Positions 11,601-23,672 of a stretch of DNA of 35,746 bases are shown here, one piece after another (positions within the stretch are counted from its first letter, which is position 1; the number at the start of each line of letters is the position of its first letter). The notes beneath the pieces were generated by a model. That model was not told where the DNA came from, made no database searches, and saw only the letters and a list, made by a program, of their open reading frames with translations. The position numbers and the translations under genes are program-made. The stretch is from Octopus bimaculoides (taxonomy: Eukaryota), in contig NC_068998.1 in NCBI RefSeq assembly GCF_001194135.2, forward strand, positions 12,257,176-12,292,921. Reading direction: 5' to 3'.

Positions 11601-12060
11601 GTAGTTCATGAAAATTTTTGTTTTGATTTTCACTTTCATGGCTTCATCTGTTTTGTCTGTCTTGCTGTATTACACAACACTGGTTAAGAAGTTCACTTCT
11701 CAATCATGAGGTTGTGTGTTCACTCTCACTGTGCAGCACTTTGGGGTAGGTATCTTCTGCCATCACATCAGGTCAACCTGAGCCTTGTGAGTGAAATTGG
11801 GTTAAGAAAAACTGTGTGGAAGCCTGTTAAATGTATTGTACCTGTTAGGGATAAAATGATCAATAGTTTTTTTTAGCAGAGATACAACAAGCTGAACGCC
11901 AGCATTCAACTTGTTGCATCCCTGAAAGTCAGTCTCTCTTCTATGTGTGCGTTCTCGTTTGAGTTTTTTGTATAATAGACAGTTTTGTTTTTGCCAATTA
12001 TTATAATGTAACTCTTATCCAAGTAAAATGAGTTACACGTTCTTCTTCACTGGAGGGTTA

Positions 12061-12330
12061 TACAAGGTGCATTGAAAAAGTATCCAATTTCATTTTTTCC
12101 CACCAAAACTAACTCCATGTTGGCAAAATCTTTTGGGTGAGAGGTGATGCTACCCTTCCATCACATGCATGAAAATTTTCATGCTTGTAGGCTGTGTCAC
12201 TTTCCAGCTGTTACATGTAGAGTACAGGTGTGTAGTGCATGCTCGTCGGATTTTCATTTTCACCAAATGCATTTAACAGAGATATTGCATTGAGTTTTGC
12301 CAAAAGCTTGGTGATGTTCAAACCATCCAG
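12061..12330 (+). mobile_element. 5' remnant of a second, different mariner-like element
   Basis: TA|TACAAGGTGCATTGAAAAAGTATCC resembles a mariner TIR; downstream frame gives QRYCIEFCQKLGDVQTIQKI, typical of a mariner transposase N-terminus. Confidence 0.55.
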
Positions 12331-12499
12331 AAAATTGCCAAAGGCCTTCTGAATTTTCACAATTGTTTGTGACCTCCTTTTTAAGGTTTGCCTTTCTGAG
12401 ATCACCCATTACTTCTTCCAACGTCATTGTTAATTTTCATCTGCTGTAGGCTCCTTTTATTTATATTACTTGACAATGCAACTGAAAGGAGTTTATGGA

Positions 12500-12800
12500 A
12501 GATGAAAATCAACTACCATTTTCTTACGCATTGATTCGTCCCCTGTAATCATTTTCTCTCAGCTCATCTGTGCTCTATCGTTGTTGCACATTAACATTAC
12601 TCATCCACTGGAGCCTGCTTGCCTCATTTCATTTCAGCTTTTCCATATTCACTGCATATATCTGCCACAGTGCCACAGTGCCATTCGCTTCAAACATTCT
12701 GCCTTACATATGAAGAGAGACGTCCTTTTTTTTGCTATCGGTGATAACAGTTCCTTAAACTTTTTCTACCTTGTTCATACTCTGGCTATTATGTTGCTGC
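12500..12800 (-). mobile_element. Highly decayed RTE-like LINE fragment
   Basis: Minus-strand translation LSLHM*GRMFEA...NEASRLQWMSNVNV...ELRE resembles RTE RT C-terminal sequence. Confidence 0.5.
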
Positions 12801-13262
12801 TATAGCCGACTCTTCTGGTGATTAGGTCCTCTAAGTAACAGGAACTGTAAATTACTTCTACTCAATTTTTTGGGCAGTTGAAAGATTGCACATTATGGAT
12901 GCTCCTATTGATAACTACTCTGTCTGTACATCTGTTACGTCTGTAGTCTGTCTACTTGTTCAGTTTGTCTGAGATCCCATTGTACTTGTATCATCATCAT
13001 TTTGCATCTGCTCTTCCATCTACTCTGGTATGGGCTGGACTAATTCCCTAAGCAGTGTTTTCCTGTGGTGTGAGGCCAGTTTCTCTGAAATTGTTTGGAA
13101 GAATTTGTTGAAATAACTTTTAAAGAACATGCTAACTTCGCTTGGTAGTATTAATTATTCGCACACTGTGAAAATGGTGCTTTTGTTGAGGAATAAAGGT
13201 TGAATGTCTTGAGATGATCCTAATAATCAATAATTTTTATTCCTGTTAATAGCTCTTTATAG

Positions 13263-13446
13263 CAGTGCTCTGCAACCGGTATGCCATGGCACACTGGTGT
13301 GCCACAAGATGATACAAGGTGTGCCTCAGTGTAACCTGAATATAATCTTTTCCCTATACTTTTAGTTATATTTTTAGTTCAGGTGTGCCACTGAATTTTG
13401 AAAAGAATATAAATGTACCACAAGTGAAAAAGGTAGCAGTGCACTG
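13263..13446. mobile_element. hAT-family MITE, 184 bp
   Basis: TIRs CAGTGCTCTGCAACC and GGTAGCAGTGCACTG (13/15 match); perfect 8-bp TSD CTTTATAG at 13255-13262 and 13447-13454. Confidence 0.92.
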
Positions 13447-13462
13447 CTTTATAGGACTTCAA

Positions 13463-13753
13463 TTATTAGCTCTGCCTTAGCGTAAGGTGGAGGTATTGTT
13501 TTCAGTCGTGTTTGTTTGTCTATGGACAAGATATCTCAAGAACCACTGGATGAATTCGGATGAAACTTTCAAGGATGTTTGGCCTCATGACTGGCATGAA
13601 GTGATTAGATTTTGGGATCAATCCAGTACTGGACAAAGATTCTGGATTATTTTTCCTGTTTTTTTTTATTACTTAATTTTTGAGAGCGGTCGGGTTCATT
13701 CTTAGTATTCTCGTTTGTGAGAGCATTCGAGTTTATTTTAGATATTCTCATTT
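13463..13753 (+). mobile_element. Second copy of the Helentron/DINE-1-like element, running into a gap
   Basis: Colinear with 2881-3173 over about 290 bp. Confidence 0.55.
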
Positions 13754-15434
13754 NNNNNNNNNNNNNNNNNNNNNNNNNNNNNNNNNNNNNNNNNNNNNNN
13801 NNNNNNNNNNNNNNNNNNNNNNNNNNNNNNNNNNNNNNNNNNNNNNNNNNNNNNNNNNNNNNNNNNNNNNNNNNNNNNNNNNNNNNNNNNNNNNNNNNNN
13901 NNNNNNNNNNNNNNNNNNNNNNNNNNNNNNNNNNNNNNNNNNNNNNNNNNNNNNNNNNNNNNNNNNNNNNNNNNNNNNNNNNNNNNNNNNNNNNNNNNNN
14001 NNNNNNNNNNNNNNNNNNNNNNNNNNNNNNNNNNNNNNNNNNNNNNNNNNNNNNNNNNNNNNNNNNNNNNNNNNNNNNNNNNNNNNNNNNNNNNNNNNNN
14101 NNNNNNNNNNNNNNNNNNNNNNNNNNNNNNNNNNNNNNNNNNNNNNNNNNNNNNNNNNNNNNNNNNNNNNNNNNNNNNNNNNNNNNNNNNNNNNNNNNNN
14201 NNNNNNNNNNNNNNNNNNNNNNNNNNNNNNNNNNNNNNNNNNNNNNNNNNNNNNNNNNNNNNNNNNNNNNNNNNNNNNNNNNNNNNNNNNNNNNNNNNNN
14301 NNNNNNNNNNNNNNNNNNNNNNNNNNNNNNNNNNNNNNNNNNNNNNNNNNNNNNNNNNNNNNNNNNNNNNNNNNNNNNNNNNNNNNNNNNNNNNNNNNNN
14401 NNNNNNNNNNNNNNNNNNNNNNNNNNNNNNNNNNNNNNNNNNNNNNNNNNNNNNNNNNNNNNNNNNNNNNNNNNNNNNNNNNNNNNNNNNNNNNNNNNNN
14501 NNNNNNNNNNNNNNNNNNNNNNNNNNNNNNNNNNNNNNNNNNNNNNNNNNNNNNNNNNNNNNNNNNNNNNNNNNNNNNNNNAAAAATGAAGATTCAGTCT
14601 TGTATTCATATATGATTAAAATTGCATTGATTAAAAAATATTTTCAGTTCTGCAATTCTTTCAGTTCCCATATTTTTTTTTACTCATTATTACTTTTACT
14701 GCTTTACTGCTTAATCACTCATCTTCCTCCTTGATCTCAGTTTTTTTATTCCATTATCAATCTGTCTAAAGACTGTTTTTCATATCTTCCCCTCATTCTT
14801 GTTTGCTGAAGATCTCTACTAGAAATATCAAATTACTGCTTCTCCCGTAGCAGGTAATTGATAAAAGGGTCCTGTTAAATGTTGATTCAATTATTTCTGA
14901 AATGAGATAGGCCCAACTTCACAGATAAGACACAGGGTACTTTTATGAGACACTGTTTATGGAAAAAAAACTGCATGTTTTTATATGCCCTCAAATATGC
15001 TATATTTATTTCTGTTTTATTCACCCAACAACACTTTGGGATGAGACGGAAGGGAGTGTTCATATTTTTTAATCTTATCCTGCTATATCAATAAGTTTAA
15101 AAGGGATGAGATTAATACACTTAAGCATTCAGTTTAAGATGATGCAGATTAGCAGTTGTTTGTGAAACATGGGCCAGGAGATAGTTTTAAAGGGAAATGG
15201 TTCTCAGGTGGGAGTAGAGAGTTGTAACAGTAGATGAATCTCCTGGTATCCAGCGAGAGAGTTGTGGTAGCAGTAGATGAGTCTCCTAGTATCTAACATG
15301 CTGCTGAAGTCAAGTTCATATAGTTTGATTAGTTATGTGCTTGTTTGCAGGGTATTACCTTGCCCAAGTAGCTGTACTGCTAATAAATCTGTGCTGTGTC
15401 TTATAAGTCAAGATAATTTGTTTTTACTTTACAG

Positions 15435-15542
15435 AATGATCCGAAGACTCTGTTGAAGTGCCTAACAATAATTTGTGAAACACTGATGTTGAAGAATGTC
15501 TCTGTCAAAGAACTAACCATTGAACTTCTGAAAGAGAGCATT
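15435..15542 (+). CDS. NCAPG: NCAPG exon NDPKTLLKCLTIICETL...LLKESI (phase 0 to 0)
   Basis: tttacag acceptor, GTAAGT donor, 108 nt; matches vertebrate NDAETLQKCL. Confidence 0.93.
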
Positions 15543-16154
15543 GTAAGTATTTCTTGATTAATTCTTAATGTCTTGTTATTGTGTTGAGTTCTTATTTTTC
15601 AAAAAATCTTATCTTGCTTTTTCTTTTCTTTTTTGTTTTTGTTGTGCATGAACAATAGCATAGTTGGTTAACAGCTTTTTCATGTGCCAACAAGTGGTTC
15701 ACTACATTTAAGGTGGTGGGAGTGATGGGAGAGCATTTTAGGTGGAAGAAATATAGTAAGGGGATTTTGTTAGAATGCACCAATTTATTTAGTTTTCTTA
15801 CTGATGTTTCCCCAATATATATCAGTACTTTGTTTATCATATTTTAATTTTTACCTGCAAAACATTGCCAGAAATAGAAATGGGGAAGCATGTAAGGATA
15901 TATTTTTTTTCCACTTAAAGATATGATGTAATAATATACATGTGATCAGTATGTGAATGTTACAAAATAGAAGAAACTCAAAAGTGGGCCATTATGAAAA
16001 GTTGCTGATCTTTGGGCTAGAGAAGTCATTCTGTAGTCCTACAGAGGAATGGCATCTGGCTGTAGGAAATCTGACCCAAGTAAGCATGGAAAAATGAGCA
16101 TTAGAACAATAATGACAATGGTGATGAAATGCAGTGGGGGTGGTAGAACAGTAG

Positions 16155-17135
16155 GTCTAAACGAGTATCCAAAGAGCATTTAAGGCACATAATGCTTTAT
16201 GAGTACAAAAAAGGAAACTCTGCAGCCGAAGCAACTTGAAACATACACTCAGTTTATGGGAAAGAATGCTTGAATGAAAGAACTTGCAGAAGATGGTTTG
16301 CAAAATTCAGAAGTGGAGATTTCTGCCTTGAAGATGAAGATCGAACAAGACGTCCAGTTGAGTTTGATGATAAGCTCCTTGAGGCATTACTTGAAGAAAA
16401 TCCTGCATTATCAGTTGGAGAATTGGCAATAAAGCTTAGTTCAAACCATACAACTGTTCATCGTCATCTTCAACAACTTGGAAAGGTTCCTAAACTTGGA
16501 AAATGAGTGCCTCACAATTGTCTGAAAGCAACCGCAAATCCTGAGTTGACATTTGCTCTTCTCTCCATTCTTGCAAACTCATTTCACCCTTTTTGGATAG
16601 ACTTGTGACTGGTGACGAAAAATGGATCTTCTATCAAAATGTTAAATGTCGTAAACAGTGGCTTGGTAAAAGGTTCTTCTCTCTATCTGGTGGGATTGCA
16701 AAGGAGTAATTCACTTTGAATTGTTACCACCTAATGCAACAATCAATGCTCAAGTCTACTGTCAGCAATTAAAGCATTTGAACCAAGCTTTGAAGGAAAA
16801 AAAGACCTGCTTTAGTGAATTGAAAAGGAGTGATGTTTCATCAGGACAATGCATTACCCCACACTGTAAAGATTACATCACAGAAGATCGAAGAGCTTGG
16901 TTGGGAAAAAATTCCTCATCCACCTTAATCTCCCAACTTTGCTCCTTCAGANNNNNNNNNNAACCAAAAGAGTTTTACATTGATGGGATTAAAAAGCTTG
17001 TAAATAGATGGAAGGAAATCATAGATAATCAGGGAAAGTACATTGACGATTAAATTTCAATTAAATATAACATTTGATCACTTGTTTTCTTTATTCAAAA
17101 TTCGGACAGAACAGAACTTATGGGATGACCTGATA
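16155..17135 (+). mobile_element. Mariner (DD34D) transposon pseudogene, 5' TIR absent
   Basis: VSKEHLRHIMLYEYKKG..HTH..RRWFAKFRSG; (W>*)VPH at 16504; VTGDEKW; HQDNALPH; (Y>*)SPNFAPSD with 34 residues between the last two Asp; C-terminus GKYIDD*; 3' TIR ...GAACTTATGGGATGACCTGA followed by TA. Several stops, frameshifts and an internal deletion. Confidence 0.95.
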
Positions 17136-17410
17136 GGATTAGAGAGGGTGAGTAGGCAGGAAGTGAGTGAGAGTGCAAAAGGAGAGTGGGAGATGGTGGG
17201 GAGGGGAATGCAATGAATAGTGAACATGGGTCATCTCAAATAGATACTTGTAATATACTGGGGTTAATTCAGTTAATTATACCTATCCCTTGTAAAAATT
17301 TGACTTGTTTCTTGTGGAATAAAAAAAATCAATATTACACTAGTTTCCATAGATATTATTTCAATATTACAACAGTTTCCATGATTTCTTCTTTTCCATA
17401 TCATCAAAAG

Positions 17411-17530
17411 ATTCTTCCCTCCATCCCAAATGAATGCGATGAAGTGCGAAACCTTGGGCTCAAATGTCTCGGATTGTGTTGCTTGAATAGTAAAGAAACA
17501 GCAGTACGACACCTGAATATTTTCTTAGAG
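17411..17530 (+). CDS. NCAPG: NCAPG exon ILPSIPNECDEVRNLGLKCLGLCCLNSKETAVRHLNIFLE (phase 0 to 0)
   Basis: AAG acceptor after a pyrimidine tract, GAG|GTAAGT donor, 120 nt. Confidence 0.93.
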
Positions 17531-18280
17531 GTAAGTTCCTGGATATTTACTTCATAATCTATACAGTGAAAATAAAGTGGACCCAGCTGTTATGTTGGTT
17601 TTTTTGGTAACTTATGTAGGAGAACTGTAATTTTGATTGAAAATGAAACCTGTATGGGGATAGATGTGAACTCTGCAAGCAACAGAGAAGGCGACTTGAT
17701 GAAGAGAGCAGTAACTTTGGTTAAAATTCTGCATAAAGTAAATGTGGACTTCACAAGACATCATTAGATGATTGCACCAATTCTCTTTCTTTCAGATGTA
17801 GAAAATAGTCAACGGACAACCTAAATAACACTAGAGATTCACCTCTGCCTGTCAACCGCAAGACTTAAAGTTGCAGTTAATGTTGTCATGATGAAAAGTA
17901 GGTCTGGAGAGATTGTAGTGTTTAAAGGGACAAGCTAGAGGGACTGGCACAGATGTTTTGCTACAGAGGAGATACATGGTTGAAGGAAATCAAAGGAAGG
18001 TAGTGATAGGGGGCTAGAGCAAACTCACAAGGTACAAAAAGTGAGCATAAGAGAAGATATGGACAGTAGTGTCTTTTATACATATGACATAGCCATTTAC
18101 TAAATCTAGAAGTAGTGGTAGGTTGCATTTGCTGGGCACAATTTTTTCTACCAAATCACCTCAAGTATAGATGGGAGAATCAATTTTATTCTGGATTAAT
18201 TTTGACTATGTATTTTAGTACTTTACCTGTACTTTTTTGAATGCTCTAAATGAATCTGGTGGTACTTCTCTCCATTTAAG

Positions 18281-18532
18281 GCGTGTCATATCGAAGTGGA
18301 AGTCGATGCAGTGAAGGTGACTGCTCTGAAAGCAATCTTTGATATTCTGCTAGTGTTTGGAATTGATCTGTTTGTGAATTCTTCAAGCAGTGAAGAAGAT
18401 GGTGAAGCTAATTCTTGTTCAGAGATTAATGAAACTGCAAATAATTTAGAGTCGAATTTGGAAGAAAGCAATCAAGAAAAATCTGGATCCAGTGTAATGA
18501 TAGCACTACTCTGTAAACAGATGGATTCTGAG
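18281..18532 (+). CDS. NCAPG: NCAPG exon ACHIEVEVDAVKVTALKAIFDILLVFG...acidic loop...LLCKQMDSE (phase 0 to 0)
   Basis: tttaag acceptor, GAG|GTGAGT donor, 252 nt. Confidence 0.92.
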
Positions 18533-19176
18533 GTGAGTTTGTTACTTAACTACAGTAATCCCTCAACGATCATGGCTGTTAAGTTCCTAACCTTCCCCCA
18601 CACGTGATAGGTGAAAATCCGTGAAGTAGAGTAGGATTTTACTGAAATATTTTATATGCATTATACTGTACTGTAAAGGTTGTTTATAAATATCTTATAT
18701 GTAAAGGCACATGGCTCTGTGTTTGAGCATAGGGTTCACATTCATGAGGTAGTGAGTTCGAATCCTGGACCAGGCTGTGTGTTGTGTTCTTGTGCAAGAC
18801 ACTTTATTTCATGTTGCTCCAGTGTACTCAGCTGTAGAGTTGCGATGTCATTGGTGCCAAGCTGTACCAGTCTTTGTCTTTCCTTTGGATAACATTGGTG
18901 GTGTGGAAAGAGAGGAGGCTGGTATGCATGGGCGACTGCTGGTCTTCCATAGATAGCCTTGCCTGGACTTGTGCCTTGGAGGGTAACTTTCTAGGTTTAA
19001 TCCCATGGTCATTCATGATTGAAGGGGGTCTCTACCTCTTTTCACCCTATATAGATTATGATTTTTTTTTTCTGAGTTTGTGATATAGTTTTTATGTGGG
19101 TTTTATTTAAAGTATTATATGGTACCACAGAATGTTTTTATACTGATTTTTATACACATGTGCAAATATTATACAG

Positions 19177-19358
19177 GTTTGTGAAGTCCAAACAGTTGCT
19201 GCAGAAGGTCTGGCGAAATTATTGCTTGCTGGTCGAATAGTTGCCTCCAAAGTTCTTACTCGTCTAATTCTTTTATGGTTTAATCCCCTCTCCGAAGATA
19301 ATTATTACTTGCGCTGCTGTCTAGGAACATTTCTTCCAGTCTTTGCATCAGACTCTGC
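19177..19358 (+). CDS. NCAPG: NCAPG exon VCEVQTVAAEGLAKLLLAGRIV...LILLWFNPLSEDNYYLRCCLGTFLPVFASDS (phase 0 to 2)
   Basis: atacag acceptor, GC|GTAAGT donor, 182 nt; the most conserved Cnd3 C-terminal domain block. Not in the ORF track. Confidence 0.95.
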
Positions 19359-20214
19359 GTAAGTATTAAATTTTCTTCTTAATGAGAAGTCAAATTCTCC
19401 TAATTGCTTATTGTCCATTGTTCCTCATTGCTCTCTGTCTCCATTCAATCACCCCCCCCCACCCTCTTTTCTAAAATGTGAGTACTCATGTGAGCTCTTC
19501 TGCAGCAAGAAACCTATTCTCCATACATTTACTCATCTTCAATCCAACATCTCTTAGTGTGAATTTGCTCCCTTGGGTGTCTCACAAACTGCCTCACTAA
19601 TGCTGGTTGCACGAAAAGCACCCAGTACATGCTGTGAAATGATTGATTTTAGGAAGGGCATCCAGCTGTGAAAACCATACCAACACAGACACTAGAACAT
19701 GATGCAGTCTTGAGCCTATCTCATCCTGTCAAACTATTCAACCCATGCCAGCCTGAAACAGATGTTAAATGATGGTGATGATGATGATGATGTTCCACTC
19801 GATCACTCTCACCCTCTCTTCTAAAATGTGAGTAGTCATCTAGCTCCTCTACAGCAAGAAACCTGTTCTACCTTGCCTCCTTCTCTCATACTTTTACCCA
19901 TGGTGGTGTAGTGGTGTGTGGTGTGGTGTGATGGTGTTGGGATGTGGAGGAGGCGAGGGTGGGGAAAGCAAGGATAGGGTGTGGGTTAGGCTGAGGGTAG
20001 GGGTATGTGAGTAGGCTGAGGGTGGGGGTAGAGGTGGAGTATGTGGGAGTGGGTTTAAGGGATGGGATTGATAGGGAAAGTGGAGTTGGATTGTGTAGGG
20101 GTGGGGTTACGAGGAAGCGGTGACGATGAAGGGAGAGGGGGAAGGAAGAAGGTGGGCAGGAGTGGAGAGGAGAGTATGAGTGAGGAGAAAAAGTAGGAAT
20201 CGGAGCAAGAGAGG

Positions 20215-20572
20215 AGAGGTAGGTGTGAGGGAGAGAGGAGAGTTGAGCCCATGTGGCGCAAAGGAGATTAATCCCTGTTCACAGTGCAAACGGGAGTCCG
20301 GATGGTCCCTGTGCAAGGACAATCCAAATGCAGACAGGTGCTGCAAAGTGACCAGTAGAGCGGAAATGGTGCGAGACCGAGGTGTCATTGCTGAGTCGGA
20401 TGTCTGAGGTGTTTCGCGAACCGGTCAGTCAAGTGGCGTCCCGTTTGCCCGATGTATAGAGAAGGGCAGAGAGAGCAGGAGATGCAGTAGATGACATTGG
20501 TAGAAGTGCAGGTGAAGGAGTCGGTGATTTGATAGGGTCAATGATTGGTGTTGGAGAGGTAAGGGCACACAT
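20215..20572 (-). mobile_element. Penelope-like element fragment encoding a GIY-YIG endonuclease (frameshifted)
   Basis: Minus strand: CPYLSNT..ITDSFTCTSTNVIYCISCSLCPSLYIGQTGRHLTDRFAKHLR / IRLSNDTSVSHHFRSTGH / LSAFGL...EQGLISFAPHGLN, followed by a pyrimidine-rich low-complexity tail towards 19900. Confidence 0.85.
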
Positions 20573-20845
20573 GTATATGCATATACACAATACCCACATA
20601 TATATAATGAGAGAGTGAGAGCCTCTTTTATTTTTCTACCTCCAAAATCTGTTTCATAGGTCTACATAATTGCTGCTGCTGCTGCTACTACAGCTACTAC
20701 TACAATTCTAATATATTAAGTATGCTGCTTATCTATCATCTGTCTTCTTTTTTAATTTTTCGAAACGCCCTCCCTATACTCATCAATAAAAACAAGCACT
20801 TTTTTATTTTTACCTCTCTAAATTAAAATGCTATTCATTTTACAG

Positions 20846-20993
20846 TTTGAACCAGGAGCTAGTGGTTGACAGTTTTCTTCCAGTGGTTAAGACTTTATGC
20901 AATGCTCCAGCCTCCAGTCCCTTGTCCAAAGTAGACACTTCCAAAGTCTGTGATCTGTTGATTGAATTAACCAGACCAGGAACATTCTGTAAG
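20846..20993 (+). CDS. NCAPG: NCAPG exon LNQELVVDSFLPVVKTLCNAPASSPLSKVD...LTRPGTFCK (phase 2 to 0)
   Basis: ttttacag acceptor, AAG|GTTAGT donor, 148 nt. Confidence 0.95.
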
Positions 20994-21635
20994 GTTAGTG
21001 AAGTCTATCATGTATCTTTATTGTGCATCGTCTACTTTTATCATGTGTCATCCACTTTATCGTGTATCACTGTCTTGAGGGGTTTAAATGAACAAATAAG
21101 CTGTGGTGCTTATTTTTTTCTTTTATAAGTCTGGTACTTATTCCCTGTAACTTAGAAGTTCAGCAAAGGAGACTGATAGAATAAGTACTAGGCTTCCAAA
21201 GAATAAGTCCTGGGGTCGATTTACTCGACTAAAGGTGGTGCTCCAGCATGGCCACAGTCAAATGACTGAAACAAGTAAGAGTAAAGAGTAAATATCCCCA
21301 GGCTGAGCAAAGTCTTGTGAGTGGATTTGGTTGATAGAAACTGGAAGAAGCCCCTTGTGTGTGTGTGTGTGTGTGTGCGAGAGAGAGAGAGAGCTTCCTT
21401 GACTTAGCATGATAGTTGTAAAGGAATGTTGCTATCATGCAGGTGGTGTTCTTTGTTACCATTCTTCTGTGAAAATGTCTAGTCATGGGAAATTATTACT
21501 TTACTTGGATACAAGTGAGGGTTTGCAACAGGAAGTGCATCTGACTGTAAAAAAAAAAATCTGCCTCAGCAAATATCATCTGACCCATACAGGTATGGAA
21601 AAGTGGACGTTAAAGTGATGGCGATGTATGTTTTT

Positions 21636-21800
21636 ATTTTTTTTTGCTAGTTGAGATAGTAGTACAATGTAGCTGATGTTAAAGGATATGTTTGTTTTAT
21701 CTTTCCTTTTTTCTTTTTTTTTTTTTTGCTAGTTGAGATAGTAGTACGATGTAGCTGATGTTAAAGGATATGTTTGTTTTATCTTTCTTTTTTCTTTTTC
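21636..21800 (+). repeat. 82-bp tandem duplication just upstream of an NCAPG acceptor
   Basis: gctagttgagatagtagtac.atgtagctgatgttaaaggatatgtttgttttatctttc at 21646 and 21728. Confidence 0.9.
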
Positions 21801-21825
21801 TTTTTTTTTTTTTCCTGTTTTGTAG

Positions 21826-21996
21826 GAAAATTTAAACCACGACAAAATTCTTCTCCAAGTGTGCAATGAAATTCTTTCCAATCCAAACTCCTTCAGTGTT
21901 CGCCCGTTGAGCCGAGTATTGAATTATCTGGATCTAAATCAAGATAGTATCACAATGTTGAAAGATCTTCACACACTAATGTCAAAAATACTCTCT
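21826..21996 (+). CDS. NCAPG: NCAPG exon ENLNHDKILLQVCNEILSNPNSFSVR...LMSKILS (phase 0 to 0)
   Basis: Long T-tract + tgtag acceptor, GTGAGT donor, 171 nt. Confidence 0.93.
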
Positions 21997-22236
21997 GTGA
22001 GTATATTGTTGATTTTAAATGTTCAGAATTTATTTTTCTGCTACTCTGTTTCCCTTCCTCTTCAACTTCTTTTTTCTTACTTTAAAAGTTTTTAGTTTAT
22101 TACATCAACCCTAATTTGTTTTTCTGTCTTGTACTTAGTTTATTGATGTCTGTTTGTTGAAATGCTAAGTTACAAGAGTTATACATCTTTTTTTTAGGCC
22201 AGTGTAAATGAAAACATGGACACACACACACATACA

Positions 22237-22440
22237 CATCATCATCATTGCTTCATGTCTGTTTTCCATGCTGGCATGGGTTGGACAGTTTGACTGAGGT
22301 CTGGGAAGCCAGGAGGCTGCACCAGGCTCCAATCTGATCTGGCAGTGTTTCTACAGCTGGATGCCCTTCCTAACACCAACCACTCCGAGAGTGTAGTGGG
22401 TGCTTTTTATGTGCCACCTGCACGGGAGCCAGTCGGGGCA
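22237..22440 (-). mobile_element. Family A SINE
   Basis: Reverse complement of the family A core with a (CAT)n tail. Confidence 0.8.
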
Positions 22441-22685
22441 AGGAGGCACATACACACATATATATACAGTTAAGAGAGAGACCTAGAAATGCTCAATATA
22501 GAAAACAAGTAGTAGTACTCAAATGATCTGAACTTTGAAGTTTTTATTGAGGATTAAGTTCACGGGGCAAAGAGTGGCTATAAGATGAAATCCAAGTGAG
22601 CTGATATGGAAATAGTGATGCAGATAAACACAATTAGGTTTGGTATACATAAATATATATATGTATATAACATACATTTATAGAT

Positions 22686-23055
22686 TTGTTGGCACTCCGT
22701 CGAGGGTTCCCGTTGATCCGATTAACGGAACAGCCTGCTTGTGAAATTAACGTGCAAGTGGCTGAGCACTCCACAGATACGCGTACCCTTAACATAGTTC
22801 TCGGGGATATTCAGCGTGACACAGTGTGGCAAGGCTGACCCTTTGAATTACAGGCACAACAGAAACAGGAAGTAAGAGTGAGTGAAAGTTGTGGTGGAAG
22901 AGTACAGCAGGGTTCGCCACCATCCCCTACTGGAGCCTCCAGGAGCTTTAGGTGTTTTCGCTCAATAAACACTCACAACGCCCGGTCTGGGAATTGAAAC
23001 CGCGATCCTATGACAGCGAGTCCGCTGCCCTAACCACTGGGCCATTGCACCTCCT
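22686..23055 (-). mobile_element. tRNA-derived SINE family D, full copy
   Basis: 13-bp TSD TACATTTATAGAT at 22673-22685 and 23056-23068; pol III A/B boxes. Confidence 0.92.
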
Positions 23056-23672
23056 TACATTTATAGATATATATAGGGATATATGCTTCTGTCCTCTTTC
23101 TTGTATCTCTCTCTCTCTGGGTAATTATGTACCTCTTCTATAGCAAGACACTTGTTTTTGCCTCTCTGACAGGAGTTCCCATCCTCAAATATCCCTACTT
23201 CTCTCAAAATTCCTTGTCTCGTGAGTTGCTTGGTGACCCCTGCCAGTGTTGGTGCCATGTAAAAAGCATCCAGTCTGCACTGTGAAGTGGTTGGCATTTG
23301 GAAGGGCATCCAACTGTAAATATCATGCCAAAACTAATCTTGCCTGTGTTAGTGCCATGTAAAAAGCACTGAGTCCTTTTTATGGCCAGCTGCTCTTCCT
23401 TCTTTTCACTGACCCCCACCTGTTTCCAAGTAAAGTAATATTTCCCATGACCAGATATGTTTACATGGAAAGTTAGGAACAAAGGCCACTGCTTGCATGA
23501 TAGAATTATTGCTGAAGGCACTCACCCATGGTGCTTCTCAGTGGGATTGAATTTGATTGGAAGATTTAAACTTTTCACCACACTGCCATGTCTACTACAG
23601 TATTTTTTTATTGTCTGTTTTTGTTAATTTTTTTCTTCTTTTTTTTTTTGTATATTTCTTTTTAATCAATAG

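Noticed and set aside
1791-14615. Long ORFs containing X runs (1791-2220, 3140-3958, 13647-14615)
   Set aside because: Artefacts of N-gaps.
18370-18490. Acidic Ser/Glu/Asn loop in NCAPG
   Set aside because: Corresponds to a variable disordered loop also present in vertebrate CAP-G.
19441-19869. About 75-bp direct repeat flanking a SINE (19441 and 19795)
   Set aside because: Too long and too diverged for a TSD; most likely two fragments of another dispersed repeat.
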